Positions 19,238 through 30,134 of a stretch of 56,951 bases of DNA are shown here, piece by piece. Below the pieces are notes generated by a model, which had not been told where the DNA came from, searched no databases, and was given only the letters and a program-made list of their open reading frames with translations. The position numbers and the translations under genes are program-made. The stretch's first letter is position 1. Each line of letters starts with the position of its first letter. Origin of the DNA: an uncultured Planctomycetia bacterium (GTDB lineage Bacteria; Omnitrophota; Gorgyraeia; Gorgyraeales; Gorgyraeaceae); the NCBI GenBank assembly GCA_964566255.1, contig CAZMID010000007.1, forward strand, positions 1 to 56,951, read 5' to 3'.

Positions 19238-20014
19238 ATGAAACCAAAAGTAATAGTTTTAAGGACGGCTGGAACAAATTGTGATGTAGAGACTGCATTT
19301 GCATTTACTATGTCTGGGGCAGTATCAGACTTAGTACATATAAATGAACTTGCACGTGGTGAAAAATCTCTTGAGGATTATCATATACTTGCTCTTCCTG
19401 GAGGATTTACATACGGAGATGACATTGCATCAGGAAAAATCCTTGCCAATGAGATTAAATATAGGCTTAAGGAAGAACTGGAAGATTTTATAAAAGTCGG
19501 AAAACTCGTAATAGGTATATGTAATGGTTTTCAGGTTCTTGTCAAGTCAGGCACTCTCCCTGGATTAGATACCAATGGCTTAGAGGCAAGTCTTAGTTTT
19601 AATAATTCAGGTAAGTTTGAAGATAGATGGACGTATCTTAAGGGATCTAGCAAGTGCGTGTGGACAAAAGGTATAAAAAAAGTAATTTATTTACCTATTG
19701 CTCATGGAGAAGGTAAGTTTATTCCAAAGAATAAAAAGGTATTAGAGTCTCTGAAGAGAAAATCTAGAATTGTATTCCAATATGTTGATGAAAAAGGTAA
19801 GTTTGGTTCATATCCAGTTAATCCAAATGGCTCTATTGAAAATATCGCTGGTATATGCGATGATACAGGCAGAATATTAGGCATGATGCCTCATCCAGAA
19901 AGACATATTTTAGGTACGCAGCATCCTAGATGGACGCGAGAAGGCCTTAAAAAGTTCGGTGATGGCTTAGATATCTTCAAAAATGGCGTCAGATACGTAA
20001 AGGAGAGATTATGA
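19238..20014 (+). CDS. purQ: FGAM synthase glutaminase subunit
   Basis: 258 aa; LPGGFTYGDD, GICNGFQ (catalytic Cys), MMPHPER. Confidence 0.9.
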   Translation: MKPKVIVLRTAGTNCDVETAFAFTMSGAVSDLVHINELARGEKSLEDYHILALPGGFTYGDDIASGKILANEIKYRLKEELEDFIKVGKLVIGICNGFQVLVKSGTLPGLDTNGLEASLSFNNSGKFEDRWTYLKGSSKCVWTKGIKKVIYLPIAHGEGKFIPKNKKVLESLKRKSRIVFQYVDEKGKFGSYPVNPNGSIENIAGICDDTGRILGMMPHPERHILGTQHPRWTREGLKKFGDGLDIFKNGVRYVKERL

Positions 20015-21000
20015 TAGATTATAAACGTTCAGGCGTTGACATAGATAAATCAAATAAATTCATAAAGGATATTAAAGGGATGGTTTCAAGTTCCAAACGC
20101 AAGGAAGCAATAGGAAATATCGGTGGATTCAGCAGTCTCATGAAAATCCCTAAAAAATATAAAGAGCCTGTACTTATTTCATCTACTGATGGGGTAGGTA
20201 CAAAACTTATGCTTGCAGAATTATTAAAAAAACACACTTCCATTGGTGTAGATTTAGTCGCAATGTGCGTAAATGATATTATTGTTACAGGGGGAGAACC
20301 ACTTTTCTTTTTAGATTATTTTGCAACTGGGAAATTAAATAATAAAAAAGCAAAAGATATTATAAGTGGGATTGTAAGAGGCTGTAAAGAAGCAGGATGC
20401 TTTCTTATAGGTGGTGAAACAGCAGAGATGCCTGGTATGTATAAAAAAGATACGTATGATTTGGCTGGCTTTTGTGTGGGAGTAGCTGAAAAAAAGAATA
20501 TTATAGACGGTAGATCAGTAAAAGAAGGCGATATCATTATAGGCATTTCTTCGAGCGGCCTACACTCAAATGGATTTAGTTTAGTAAGAAAAGTCTTTAA
20601 TAAGAATGAATTAAAATATTCTATTGGAAAAACTCTTCTTACGCCAACTATAATATATGTTAATGTTATAAAGAATCTTCTAAAAAAGATTAAAATAAAG
20701 TCCATGGCACATATAACAGGTGGCGGGTTTTATGATAATATACCGCGCGTACTACCAAAAGGAAAATCTGCATTGATATACAAGGAAGCCTGGCCTATAC
20801 CTAAGATATTTGATACAATTCAGAAAAAAGCCAGACTAAGTAATAAAGAAATGTTTCGTACATTCAATATGGGTATTGGTATGGTAGTTGTAGTAAGTAA
20901 AAAAGATGTAAAAAAATCACAAGATATAATAAAAAAATCCGGTTTAAAATCCTGGAAGATAGGTAAAATTATAAAAGGCAAAAAAGAGGTAATTATATAA
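20011..21000 (+). CDS. purM: AIR synthase
   Basis: 329 aa; STDGVGTKL, DLVAMCVNDI, GGETAEMPG. Confidence 0.92.
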   Translation: MIDYKRSGVDIDKSNKFIKDIKGMVSSSKRKEAIGNIGGFSSLMKIPKKYKEPVLISSTDGVGTKLMLAELLKKHTSIGVDLVAMCVNDIIVTGGEPLFFLDYFATGKLNNKKAKDIISGIVRGCKEAGCFLIGGETAEMPGMYKKDTYDLAGFCVGVAEKKNIIDGRSVKEGDIIIGISSSGLHSNGFSLVRKVFNKNELKYSIGKTLLTPTIIYVNVIKNLLKKIKIKSMAHITGGGFYDNIPRVLPKGKSALIYKEAWPIPKIFDTIQKKARLSNKEMFRTFNMGIGMVVVVSKKDVKKSQDIIKKSGLKSWKIGKIIKGKKEVII

Positions 21001-22274
21001 TGAAGATTTTAGTAGTTGGTTCAGGTGGAAGGGAGCATACTTTAGCCTGGAAGATATCACAGAGTAAAAGAGTAGATAAACTATTCTGCGCTCCTGGTAA
21101 TGGAGGGATGAATAATATTGCAGAATTAGTTAATATAAAACCAGATGATATAGATAGCCTTTTAGATTTTGCAAAAAAGAACAAGATAGATTTAACTATA
21201 GTAGGACCTGAGGTACCGCTTGTTAATGGAATTGTAGATAGGTTTGTAAAAGAGGATTTAAGGGTATTTGGGCCGACAAAAGAACTTGCAATGCTTGAAG
21301 GAAGTAAGATTTTTTCAAAAGAAAGTATGAAAAGATTCAATTTACCAACAGCAGATTTTAAAGTATTTACTGATCCAAATAAAGCCAAGGAATATTTAAA
21401 AGAAAAGAGAGTTCCTATCGTTATAAAAGCAGATGGCCTTGCAGCTGGAAAAGGTGTAATAGTGGCTCAAGATATTAAAGAGGCTGAAGATGCAATAGAT
21501 AATATGCTAGTTAAAAAGATCTTTGGTCCAGCCGGAGAAAAAATTATCTTAGAAGATTGCCTCCAAGGAGAAGAGGCGTCCATACTTATTTTTACAGACG
21601 GTAAAACTATTATTCCACTTGTTTCTTCGCAGGACCATAAAAGGATCTTTGATAATGATAAAGGACCTAATACGGGAGGTATGGGGGCATATTCTCCAGC
21701 ACCAATTGTAACTAGCGAGATGTTAACTGATATTATAAATGATATCTTTAAGCCTCTTATAGATGGATTTAGAAAAGAAGGTAAATCTTATAAAGGAGTG
21801 TTGTACGCAGGCTTAATGATTACAAAAAATGGACCTTTTGTTTTAGAATTTAATGTGAGATTTGGTGATCCTGAAACACAATGTATTATCCCAAGATTAA
21901 AGTCAGATTTAATAGATGCAATAGAAGCATGTATAGATGGAAATCTTGATAAGATAAAGCTTAGCTGGGATGATCGAGCTTGTATATGTACAGTTTTGGC
22001 ATCCAAAGGATATCCATGTTCATATGAAAAACATAAAGAGATTTTTGGATTGGATGAAGCTAGTAAAATAAAGGATGTTTTGGTGTTTCATGCAGGCACA
22101 GTATGTAAAGATGGAAAGATTTTTACAAATGGCGGTAGAGTTCTTGGTGTAGCAGGTTTTGGTAATGATATAAAACTGGCTAAAAAAATTACTTACGAAG
22201 CAATAGATAAAATAAAGTTTGATGGTGTATACTATAGGAAAGACATAAGTGACAAAGCCTTAAGGAGGAAATAA
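21000..22274 (+). CDS. purD: phosphoribosylamine-glycine ligase
   Basis: 424 aa; [40 protein letters not shown]. Confidence 0.92.
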   Translation: MKILVVGSGGREHTLAWKISQSKRVDKLFCAPGNGGMNNIAELVNIKPDDIDSLLDFAKKNKIDLTIVGPEVPLVNGIVDRFVKEDLRVFGPTKELAMLEGSKIFSKESMKRFNLPTADFKVFTDPNKAKEYLKEKRVPIVIKADGLAAGKGVIVAQDIKEAEDAIDNMLVKKIFGPAGEKIILEDCLQGEEASILIFTDGKTIIPLVSSQDHKRIFDNDKGPNTGGMGAYSPAPIVTSEMLTDIINDIFKPLIDGFRKEGKSYKGVLYAGLMITKNGPFVLEFNVRFGDPETQCIIPRLKSDLIDAIEACIDGNLDKIKLSWDDRACICTVLASKGYPCSYEKHKEIFGLDEASKIKDVLVFHAGTVCKDGKIFTNGGRVLGVAGFGNDIKLAKKITYEAIDKIKFDGVYYRKDISDKALRRK

Positions 22275-22275
22275 T

Positions 22276-22683
22276 ATGGCTAAGGTTTTAGTGGGTATTT
22301 TGATGGGAAGTAAATCAGATAGTGACACAATGCACGAAGCAGAAAAGATTTTAAAGGAACGAAAGATTCCGTGTGAAGTGAATGTACTTTCAGCACACAG
22401 GACTCCTGATGAGGTCCGTAAATATGCAAAGTCTGCCAAAAAAAGAGGCATTAAAGTTTTAATATGCGGCGCAGGAGGCGCAGCTGCTTTGGCAGGGGTA
22501 GTAGCTTCACATACGGATCTACCGGTAATAGGAGTTCCTATAGAAACAAAGGCGTTGAAGGGGTTAGATTCGCTTTTATCGACGGTACAAATGCCTTCAG
22601 GTGTTCCTGTTGCGAGTATGGCCATAGGAAAATCCGGGGCCAAGAATGCAGCTATTTTTGCTGCAAAGATTTTAAGTATATAG
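22276..22683 (+). CDS. purE: PurE (CAIR mutase/AIR carboxylase family), short 135-aa form
   Basis: [29 protein letters not shown] motifs; ends right after [12 protein letters not shown], lacking the usual C-terminal helix. Confidence 0.8.
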   Translation: MAKVLVGILMGSKSDSDTMHEAEKILKERKIPCEVNVLSAHRTPDEVRKYAKSAKKRGIKVLICGAGGAAALAGVVASHTDLPVIGVPIETKALKGLDSLLSTVQMPSGVPVASMAIGKSGAKNAAIFAAKILSI

Positions 22684-22697
22684 ATAAACCAACTTTT

Positions 22698-23750
22698 ATG
22701 CAGGCTAAAGTTATAAAAGTAAATCCTACTTTTCCAGATAAGGCTTTGATAGAAGAAGCGGCTATTATTTTACGTAAAGGCGGACTTGTTGCGTTTCCTA
22801 CAGAGACTGTCTATGGAATAGGAGCTAATTATTTGGATAAAAAGGCAATAGATAGGTTGTATAAAATAAAAAAACGCCCTAAAACCAAACCTTTTACTAT
22901 ACACATTGCAGATTTTAAGGCATTGGGCAAACTAGGAATAGTTTTATCAAAAGAGTCTGAAAGGGTTATTCATAAATTTTGGCCAGGGCCTTTGACTATT
23001 ATTACCTTTAATAAGAAAAAGGAAAAAATAGGCCTTCGCATGCCTAGGAATAGAGTGGCTTTAGCCCTTATACATGCAACAGGAGTTCCTATAGTTGCAC
23101 CCAGTGCAAATATATCAGGTAAAAAGCCTCCGATTTCAGCTAAAGAGGTTTCTTCTGGAATGAAAGGTCTTGTAGATATAATATTAGACGGAGGTACTAC
23201 AGAAGTAAAAAAAGAATCTACTATTTTAGATGTGACAAAGAATCCTTTCAAGGTATTAAGAGAAGGTGCAATATCAAAAGAAGATTTACTAGCTGAACGT
23301 TATATACTTTTTGTATGTACGGGTAATAGCTGTAGGAGTGTTATGGCGAAGGCCATGCTTGAGAAGTTCTTAGAGCAGGCAGGACTTTCTAAGAAAGTAA
23401 AAGTTGATTCTGCAGGAACCTCTTCATATTCTGGTATGGTTGCAGCACAAAATACCATAGATGTCATGAAAGAAATCGGAGTGGATGTTTCAAAACATAG
23501 AGGAAAAGGTATTACACCAGAACTTTTAAGAAAAGTAGATACTATATTTGTAATGGGCCGGTCTCATAGAAGCGCTGTTTTAGGTATATTTCCCGGATCT
23601 GATTCAAAATTGAAGCTTTTAAAGGAGAATCAAGATATCCCAGACCCAATAGGAAAATCTATTGAGGAATATAGGCGTATCCGTGATATGATAGAGAATG
23701 AGATAGAGAATATATTTTTAGAGTTATTTAAAAAGGAGAAGAATAAATGA
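22698..23750 (+). CDS. tsaC: fusion: L-threonylcarbamoyladenylate synthase (TsaC/YwlC, YrdC domain) + low-molecular-weight protein phosphatase (YwlE-like)
   Basis: Start moved to ATG 22698 (the track ORF from 22464 overlaps purE). N-terminus has GGLVAFPTETVYGIGAN and SANISG; C-terminus has the LMW-PTP P-loop FVCTGNSCRS and DIPDP. Confidence 0.75.
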   Translation: MQAKVIKVNPTFPDKALIEEAAIILRKGGLVAFPTETVYGIGANYLDKKAIDRLYKIKKRPKTKPFTIHIADFKALGKLGIVLSKESERVIHKFWPGPLTIITFNKKKEKIGLRMPRNRVALALIHATGVPIVAPSANISGKKPPISAKEVSSGMKGLVDIILDGGTTEVKKESTILDVTKNPFKVLREGAISKEDLLAERYILFVCTGNSCRSVMAKAMLEKFLEQAGLSKKVKVDSAGTSSYSGMVAAQNTIDVMKEIGVDVSKHRGKGITPELLRKVDTIFVMGRSHRSAVLGIFPGSDSKLKLLKENQDIPDPIGKSIEEYRRIRDMIENEIENIFLELFKKEKNK

Positions 23751-24190
23751 AGATCGCGATAGGTGCAGACCACGGCGGTTATAAACTAAAAGAGTCCTTA
23801 AAGAGTTTTCTTAAGAAAAAAGGCCATACATTAAAAGATTTTGGGACATTTTCTAAAGAATCATGCGATTATCCTATTATAGGATATGAGGTTGCAAAAG
23901 CAGTAGGATCCAGAAAATATCCACGGGCTATACTTATATGTAAAACAGGCGTTGGTATGTCAATGATTGCAAATAAAGTTAAAGGTGTAAGAGCTGCATT
24001 ATGTGATAGGGTAGATATTGCACGATCAAGTAGAGAGCATAATGATGCTAATATTTTAGTTTTAGCAGCGAATGTTGTACCAAGTGCAAAAGCAAAAAAG
24101 ATTGTAGCAGTTTGGCTTTCTACGCGTGTAGCTGGCGGAAGACATAAAAGGAGAGTAGATCAGATTAAAAGAATAGATAGATTACGTTAA
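23747..24190 (+). CDS. rpiB: ribose-5-phosphate isomerase B
   Basis: 147 aa; MKIAIGADHGGYKLK, CKTGVGMSMIANK, EHNDANIL. Confidence 0.88.
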   Translation: MKIAIGADHGGYKLKESLKSFLKKKGHTLKDFGTFSKESCDYPIIGYEVAKAVGSRKYPRAILICKTGVGMSMIANKVKGVRAALCDRVDIARSSREHNDANILVLAANVVPSAKAKKIVAVWLSTRVAGGRHKRRVDQIKRIDRLR

Positions 24191-24205
24191 ATTTTCGGAG
24201 GAGAA

Positions 24206-25453
24206 ATGGATTTTCTAAAAAATATTGACCCAGAGATTTTTAAATCAGTCCAAAAAGAATTAAAGCGTCAGCAGAACAATATTGAATTGATAGCAAGTGA
24301 GAATTTTGTAAGTTCAGCTATCTTGGAGGCACAAGGATCTATCTTGACCAATAAGTATGCTGAAGGCTATCCATCAAAGAGATGGTATGGTGGATGTGAA
24401 TGCGTTGATGAGGCAGAGGAAATAGCGATCAAAAGAGCAAAAAAACTTTTTAAAGTAGATCATGCTAATGTACAGCCTCATTCAGGGACACAAGCGAATA
24501 TGGCAGTATATTTTGCTTTGCTTAAACCAGGCGATACAGTTTTAGCAATGGACCTTGCTTGTGGTGGACATCTTTCACATGGACACCCTCATAATTTTTC
24601 TGGAAGATTTTTTAATATAGCGCCCTATGGAGTGAGCAAAAAGGATGAAAAACTCGACTATGATGAAATATTTTCTTTAGCAAAGAAGCATAAGCCAAAA
24701 ATGGTTCTTGCAGGAGCTTGTGCATATCCACGTATTATAGATTTTAAGAAATTTAGAGAAATCGCAGATTCTGTAGGTGCTTATCTTTTTGTGGATATGG
24801 CACATATAGCAGGACTTGTAGCAACAGGTCTTCACCCAAGCCCTGTACCTTATGCAGAAATAATAACAACTACTACACACAAAACGCTACGTGGTCCAAG
24901 GGGAGGTATGATACTTTGCCGGAAGGAATTTGCCAAAAAAATAGATAGAGAAATCTTTCCTGGAATTCAGGGTGGACCATTAATGCATGTAATAGCAGCT
25001 AAAGCAGTAGCATTTAAAGAAGTAGAAGATGCTGGTTTTAAAGAATATCAGAAACAGGTTGTAAAAAATTCTCAGGTCCTTGCTAGTAGTTTAGGAGCAA
25101 CAGGTCTTAGAGTAGTATCAGGTGGTACAGATAATCATCTTTCTTTAATAGATGTAGGACCAAAAGGAGTAACAGGTAAAGAGGCATCTTCTATAGTCGG
25201 TAAAGTAGATATAACTGTTAATAAAAACCTTATACCTTTTGACAAAAAGAGTGCGTTTCTTACGAGTGGTATAAGGCTTGGTACACCTGCTGTTACTACA
25301 AGAGGCATGAAAGAATCTCAGATGCAGGAAATAGGGGATATTATAAACCTTGCGCTTACAAACAAAAAAGATTCATCTACTTTAGAGGAATGTCATAAGA
25401 GAGTGGCTAATCTTACTAAAAAATTTCCTCTTTATCCAGAGATAGGAGCCTAG
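24206..25453 (+). CDS. glyA: serine hydroxymethyltransferase
   Basis: 415 aa; [22 protein letters not shown] (PLP lysine). Confidence 0.95.
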   Translation: MDFLKNIDPEIFKSVQKELKRQQNNIELIASENFVSSAILEAQGSILTNKYAEGYPSKRWYGGCECVDEAEEIAIKRAKKLFKVDHANVQPHSGTQANMAVYFALLKPGDTVLAMDLACGGHLSHGHPHNFSGRFFNIAPYGVSKKDEKLDYDEIFSLAKKHKPKMVLAGACAYPRIIDFKKFREIADSVGAYLFVDMAHIAGLVATGLHPSPVPYAEIITTTTHKTLRGPRGGMILCRKEFAKKIDREIFPGIQGGPLMHVIAAKAVAFKEVEDAGFKEYQKQVVKNSQVLASSLGATGLRVVSGGTDNHLSLIDVGPKGVTGKEASSIVGKVDITVNKNLIPFDKKSAFLTSGIRLGTPAVTTRGMKESQMQEIGDIINLALTNKKDSSTLEECHKRVANLTKKFPLYPEIGA

Positions 25454-25454
25454 T

Positions 25455-25910
25455 ATGAAATGTCCATTCTGTGGCCATGATGAAGATAAGGTAATTGATT
25501 CTCGCGCTTCTGAAGAAGGACGTTCTATCAGAAGAAGGAGGGAGTGTCTAAATTGTGAAAAACGCTTTACAACATATGAAAATATAGAAGAGACATCTTT
25601 AATGGTAATTAAAAAAGATGGCCGTCGCGAGTCATTCGACAGGAAAAAGATTTTAGCTGGTATTACAAAGGCTTGTGAGAAAAGACCTATAAGTATACAG
25701 CAGATTGAAGAGCTTACAAATAAGATAGAGTATACTCTTCAGAGTAAGTTTGAAAAAGAAGTAGAATCAAGACAGATAGGTGAATTATTAATGGAACTTT
25801 TATATGATTTGGATGAGGTTGCGTATGTAAGGTTTGCTTCTGTTTATAGGCAGTTTAAAGATATAAATCAATTCATGAAAGAACTAAGAAGCCTTCTTAG
25901 TCAAAAATAA
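25455..25910 (+). CDS. nrdR: transcriptional repressor NrdR
   Basis: 151 aa; MKCPFCGH...[12 protein letters not shown] zinc ribbon + ATP-cone. Confidence 0.92.
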   Translation: MKCPFCGHDEDKVIDSRASEEGRSIRRRRECLNCEKRFTTYENIEETSLMVIKKDGRRESFDRKKILAGITKACEKRPISIQQIEELTNKIEYTLQSKFEKEVESRQIGELLMELLYDLDEVAYVRFASVYRQFKDINQFMKELRSLLSQK

Positions 25911-25912
25911 CT

Positions 25913-27313
25913 CTATTCTAAAGTATAAGCTACAAATTTCGCTTCTTTCTTCAAACCCTCAAACCATATATTAAATTGAATCTCTTTTTTTGTTGAAAGG
26001 AGAGTTTCTTTAAGGCTTTCCTTTTCTTCAGCGAATTTATCTTCGTCTATGCCTTCATATTCATCTAGTTTTGCTATAACCCAGCTTTCCTGCATCTTTA
26101 TGGGACTAGTCAAATCAGTTTCTTCTAAAGATAGGCATTGTTCGACAAATTCACTTGCAGGACCCAATCCAGATATATAGCCGTTTCTTGCTATAAAAGG
26201 AGTTTGTTCTATTTCTAATTTCGTCTTTTTTACTATGCGATTGAATCTTTTACCAGTTTTTATTTTATTCGTTATCTTAAGATATAATTTCGTTGCCTTT
26301 TTTTCAGAAAGTTTTATTGATATATCTTTTGTATATGAAGTTATCACGTCTTCTTTTATATCTTTAAACTCAGGAATATAAGATGATCTTTTTTCTTTTA
26401 GCTGGATAACGTAGAATTTTTCTCCAGCTTTTATAAGGGTATCAGATATTTGATTATCTTCCAGTTCAAACGAGCGTTTTGTAAATTCAAAAGACCAACC
26501 AATACTAGGAACTTCTTCTTGCATACTGAAAAAACCAGTTTCTTTTGTTTCCAGTTCAAACGAGTGGGCAATTTTATCAAGATTCTTTTTATGGTGGGTT
26601 GTATCTAATACCTTGTAAGATAAATCTTCGTCCAAAGTTTCTATGTACTTTACATTTACTGCCTCAGGTTTTTCGAAAGCGCCTTTATTTTTTTCGTAAA
26701 ATTCAGTAAGGTCTTTTTCTTCGTAGGTAACATCTTTTTCAAAATCACTAAAAGGAACTGATATATAGGAAGATTTTATTTTTTCATTTTTCTTTTTGTA
26801 ATCTTCTAATACTTCTTCATCAGTTAAGGAGATTTTATCTATAATTTGTTCTCTGAGTCTTGATATCCGCATATCGTCTCTTAAGCGTTCTTCAAAGCCT
26901 TTTGCAGCAGTTCCCAAAAGAGACTTATATAGTTTTTTATCGAATTTACCATCTTTTTGAAATACAGGAAAAGATGAAATTCTTATAGCTAGTTCAGCAT
27001 TTTTTACATCGATGTCTCTTCTTTTTGCCTCATCTAATAGTATGATACGATTCCATGCCATCTGGTCTATAAATTCAGGAGGAATATTGTCACCCATATC
27101 TTTTACAATATAATCCCTTGTAACTCTCCACATATCCAGATATTCTTCGAAAGAGACTTTTCTATTAAATATCTTTCCTGCGTAATTCGGACCTTTACCT
27201 TTATTTCTTGAGGCACCTGCACCCCATAATACAAATGCAGGGATTATTAGAATAGCTAGCCCCCAGATTATAAGCTTCATATTCTTTTTTTTGCGTAGGA
27301 ATTTTAATAACAT
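25913..27313 (-). CDS. membrane-anchored periplasmic chaperone, PpiD/SurA-like
   Basis: 466 aa; N-terminal TM anchor, SurA-N-like region (EYLDMWRV..., DQMAWNRIILLDEAKRRDI); no clear parvulin signature seen. Confidence 0.5.
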   Translation of the reverse strand: MLLKFLRKKKNMKLIIWGLAILIIPAFVLWGAGASRNKGKGPNYAGKIFNRKVSFEEYLDMWRVTRDYIVKDMGDNIPPEFIDQMAWNRIILLDEAKRRDIDVKNAELAIRISSFPVFQKDGKFDKKLYKSLLGTAAKGFEERLRDDMRISRLREQIIDKISLTDEEVLEDYKKKNEKIKSSYISVPFSDFEKDVTYEEKDLTEFYEKNKGAFEKPEAVNVKYIETLDEDLSYKVLDTTHHKKNLDKIAHSFELETKETGFFSMQEEVPSIGWSFEFTKRSFELEDNQISDTLIKAGEKFYVIQLKEKRSSYIPEFKDIKEDVITSYTKDISIKLSEKKATKLYLKITNKIKTGKRFNRIVKKTKLEIEQTPFIARNGYISGLGPASEFVEQCLSLEETDLTSPIKMQESWVIAKLDEYEGIDEDKFAEEKESLKETLLSTKKEIQFNIWFEGLKKEAKFVAYTLE

Positions 27314-27391
27314 CGCTTACACCTTTTCTATTTAGGACTTATTTATTATATCCTTTATGATGCGAAAAATCTATGGTAAAATACTTTTATT

Positions 27392-29101
27392 ATGAAAAAT
27401 CAAGGGATTGCTAATATATTTAGAGAGATTGCCCAGATCTTAGAAATAAAGGGTGAGAATCCGTTCAGGATCCGTGCGTACGAAAAAGCTGCCCAGAATA
27501 TAGAATCTATCCCAGAAGATATAGAGGTTTTTGTGAAAGATGAGACTCTTAAGACTATACCAGGTATAGGAAAAGACCTTGAAGAAAAGATAAAAGAGAT
27601 TTGTTCTAAAGGAAAGCTTCAATATCTGGAGGATTTAAAGAAAGAAATCCCGCAGGGCCTTCTTGATGTGTTGTCCATACCAGGTGTAGGACCTAAGATG
27701 GCGAAGATGTTACATGAAAAATTAGAAATACGGGATGTCGTGATGCTTGAGAGGATGGCTCATGCCGGGAGAGTCAGGGAACTTCCAGGCATGAAGAAAA
27801 AAACAGAAGAGAATATATTAAGGGGTATAGAACTTTTAAAAAGAGGCCGGGACAGGATGGATTTAAAGACGGCAACAGAAGCCAGTAATTTATTTATAAA
27901 AGAACTCAAAAGATTAAAAGAAATAAAAAATATAAGCCCAGCAGGGAGCTTAAGAAGAAAAAAAGAGACAGTTAGAGATATTGATATATTAGCTTCATCA
28001 AAAGATCCCAAAAAGGTAATGGATAGATTTACGAAGTTACCTGATGTAAAAAATGTTTTGGCAAAAGGTGCTACCAAATGCTCAATAGTTACTAGTGACG
28101 GTATACAGGTAGATTTAAGAGTTATTGAAGAATCTACATATGGAGCAAGTTTAATGTATTTTACTGGCTCAAAGGCTCATAATATAAGACTAAGACAACT
28201 TGCAATAAAAAAAGGTCTGAAACTTAGTGAATATGGACTTTTTAAGAAAGATAAAATCATAAAAGGTAAAACTGAAAAAGAAATCTATAAAGCATTAGGG
28301 CTTTCTTACATTGAGCCTGAGTTAAGAGAAGATAGGGGAGAGATAGAAGCTAGTTTAGAAGGAAAACTTCCAGATTTAGTAAAATTAAATGATATAAAAG
28401 GTGATTTACACATTCATTCTGTCTGGTCTGATGGAGGAAGTTCTACACAAGATATTGTTTTAAAGGCAAAAGAATTAGGATATGAGTATATTGCTATTAC
28501 TGATCACTCTCAAGGATTAAAGATTGCAGGAGGACTTAATAGGGAACAACTAAAAATAAAAAGAAAAGAAATAGAAAGTCTGAATAGAAAATATAAAGAT
28601 ATAAAGATTTTATTCGGGACAGAAGTAGATATTCATTCAGATGGAATCCTGGATTATCCCGACGATATCTTAAAGGAAATGGATATTGTTATAGCTGCTA
28701 TCCATGCAGGATTTAAACAATCTAAGGAACAATTGACAAGACGTATTATAAAGGCATGCCAGAATAAATATGTCCATATTATAGCTCATCCTACTGGAAG
28801 GTTATGGGGGGCAAGAGAAGAGTATGAAGTGGATTTTGAAGAGATTTTTAAGGTAGCAAAAGATACTAATACTAGCATGGAGATTAATAGTTTTCCTCAG
28901 AGGCTTGATCTGAATGATATTTACTCTCGCATGGCCAAGGATTTTGGGGTGAAAATAGCAATAAATACAGATGCACATATTGCAGAACAGCTAGATACAA
29001 TGAAGTTTGGGCTTTCCTGTGCTCGCAGAGGATGGCTTGAGAAAAAAGATGTTTTAAATACCCTATCTTTGAACAAATTAAAGCAAGCTTTAAAGCGTTA
29101 A
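27392..29101 (+). CDS. polX: family X DNA polymerase with C-terminal PHP phosphoesterase domain
   Basis: 569 aa; HhH motifs (IPGIGKDL, IPGVGPKM), GSLRRKKETVRDIDIL nucleotidyltransferase motif, PHP motif DLHIHSVWSDG ... ITDHS. Confidence 0.88.
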   Translation: MKNQGIANIFREIAQILEIKGENPFRIRAYEKAAQNIESIPEDIEVFVKDETLKTIPGIGKDLEEKIKEICSKGKLQYLEDLKKEIPQGLLDVLSIPGVGPKMAKMLHEKLEIRDVVMLERMAHAGRVRELPGMKKKTEENILRGIELLKRGRDRMDLKTATEASNLFIKELKRLKEIKNISPAGSLRRKKETVRDIDILASSKDPKKVMDRFTKLPDVKNVLAKGATKCSIVTSDGIQVDLRVIEESTYGASLMYFTGSKAHNIRLRQLAIKKGLKLSEYGLFKKDKIIKGKTEKEIYKALGLSYIEPELREDRGEIEASLEGKLPDLVKLNDIKGDLHIHSVWSDGGSSTQDIVLKAKELGYEYIAITDHSQGLKIAGGLNREQLKIKRKEIESLNRKYKDIKILFGTEVDIHSDGILDYPDDILKEMDIVIAAIHAGFKQSKEQLTRRIIKACQNKYVHIIAHPTGRLWGAREEYEVDFEEIFKVAKDTNTSMEINSFPQRLDLNDIYSRMAKDFGVKIAINTDAHIAEQLDTMKFGLSCARRGWLEKKDVLNTLSLNKLKQALKR

Positions 29102-29109
29102 ACTCCCCC

Positions 29110-29138
29110 TTGACCTATAAAGATAGGTTTGTTATAAT
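29110..29138 (+). promoter_or_regulatory. sigma70-type promoter
   Basis: TTGACC (29110-29115), 17 nt, TATAAT (29133-29138). Confidence 0.55.
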
Positions 29139-29166
29139 ACCCCTTGATAAGAAAAAGAGGTGCTAT

Positions 29167-29397
29167 ATGACAAAAGCTTCATGGTTTTTGATGCTTTTGA
29201 TAGTGTTAGTAATCTCTCTGGGATTTTTTACCCTTAAAGGCTTTGGTAGAGAAGAAAAATCAATAAGGGGATACGATACAAGGATTATCTCAGGGAAACT
29301 AGACGAAGTCTTAAAGAATCAGCAGGATATAATAGTGCGGCTTAAAGATATAAGAAGTCAACAGGATATAATAAGGATTAGGGCTTCGCGTAGATAG
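29167..29397 (+). CDS. small single-pass membrane protein, unknown function
   Basis: Start moved to ATG 29167 behind AAGAGGTG, because the track start 29110 lies inside the promoter; 76 aa with one TM helix then a charged tail. Confidence 0.4.
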   Translation: MTKASWFLMLLIVLVISLGFFTLKGFGREEKSIRGYDTRIISGKLDEVLKNQQDIIVRLKDIRSQQDIIRIRASRR

Positions 29398-29417
29398 ATT
29401 AAAATAGGAGGAATACT

Positions 29418-30134
29418 ATGAATAATATAAGCGAAGTCTCTATCGTTATATCTTTTGTAGCTGGCATCCTAACGTTTCTTTCTCCATGCATCTTACCTCT
29501 TTTTCCCTCTTATATAGCTTATATAACTGGTAGATCTTTTAATGAGATAAAAGATCAGTCTTCTTCTAGCATTAGAAGAATCACTCTAATACATTCGTTA
29601 TTTTTCATACTTGGATTTTCAATAGTATTCGTCCTTTTAGGTATAACCTTTACATATCTTGGAAGTTTTTTTGGCATAAGAAAGATATGGCTTGAGAGGG
29701 TAGGCGGGATATTTATAATCTTATTTGCCATACATTTATTAGGTTTTTTAAAGATAGGGTTTTTGAGTCAGGAAAAAAGATTGACATACCATAAAGGAAA
29801 AACTGGTTATATTAGTTCTTTATTAATAGGTATGGCATTTGCTGTAGGATGGACGCCTTGTGTAGGGCCAATACTTTCAAGTATATTAATATATGCATCT
29901 ACTTTAGAGAGTTTACCCAGAGCAGTAATACTTTTATCATCTTATTCACTTGGCGTAGGAGTGCCGTTTTTAATAGCAGGACTTTTAATAAATCAGTTTC
30001 TATTTGTGTTTAATAAATTTAAGGCCTTTATGAGATTTATTCCCATTGTTACAGGTATATTTTTGATGCTTATAGGACTGGTGTTATTTTTCGGGCAATT
30101 TTCAAGGCTTACTGGTATTATTATGGGAGGATAG
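29418..30134 (+). CDS. ccdA: cytochrome c biogenesis / thiol-disulfide electron transporter CcdA (DsbD core)
   Basis: 238 aa; six TM helices; LSPCILPLFP and GWTPCVGPIL conserved Cys motifs. Confidence 0.82.
   Translation: MNNISEVSIVISFVAGILTFLSPCILPLFPSYIAYITGRSFNEIKDQSSSSIRRITLIHSLFFILGFSIVFVLLGITFTYLGSFFGIRKIWLERVGGIFIILFAIHLLGFLKIGFLSQEKRLTYHKGKTGYISSLLIGMAFAVGWTPCVGPILSSILIYASTLESLPRAVILLSSYSLGVGVPFLIAGLLINQFLFVFNKFKAFMRFIPIVTGIFLMLIGLVLFFGQFSRLTGIIMGG

Noticed and set aside
22464-22697. N-terminal extension of the TsaC-fusion ORF ([14 protein letters not shown]...) overlapping purE
   Set aside because: It lies entirely inside the purE coding region in another frame, has low-complexity Arg/Cys-rich content and no RBS. 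The YrdC-domain homology begins only after ATG 22698.
25908-25915. Convergent nrdR and ppiD-like genes abutting with a 2-nt gap and no terminator
   Set aside because: Consistent with the generally extreme gene packing of this genome. No hairpin can be drawn, and nothing points to a specific regulatory role.
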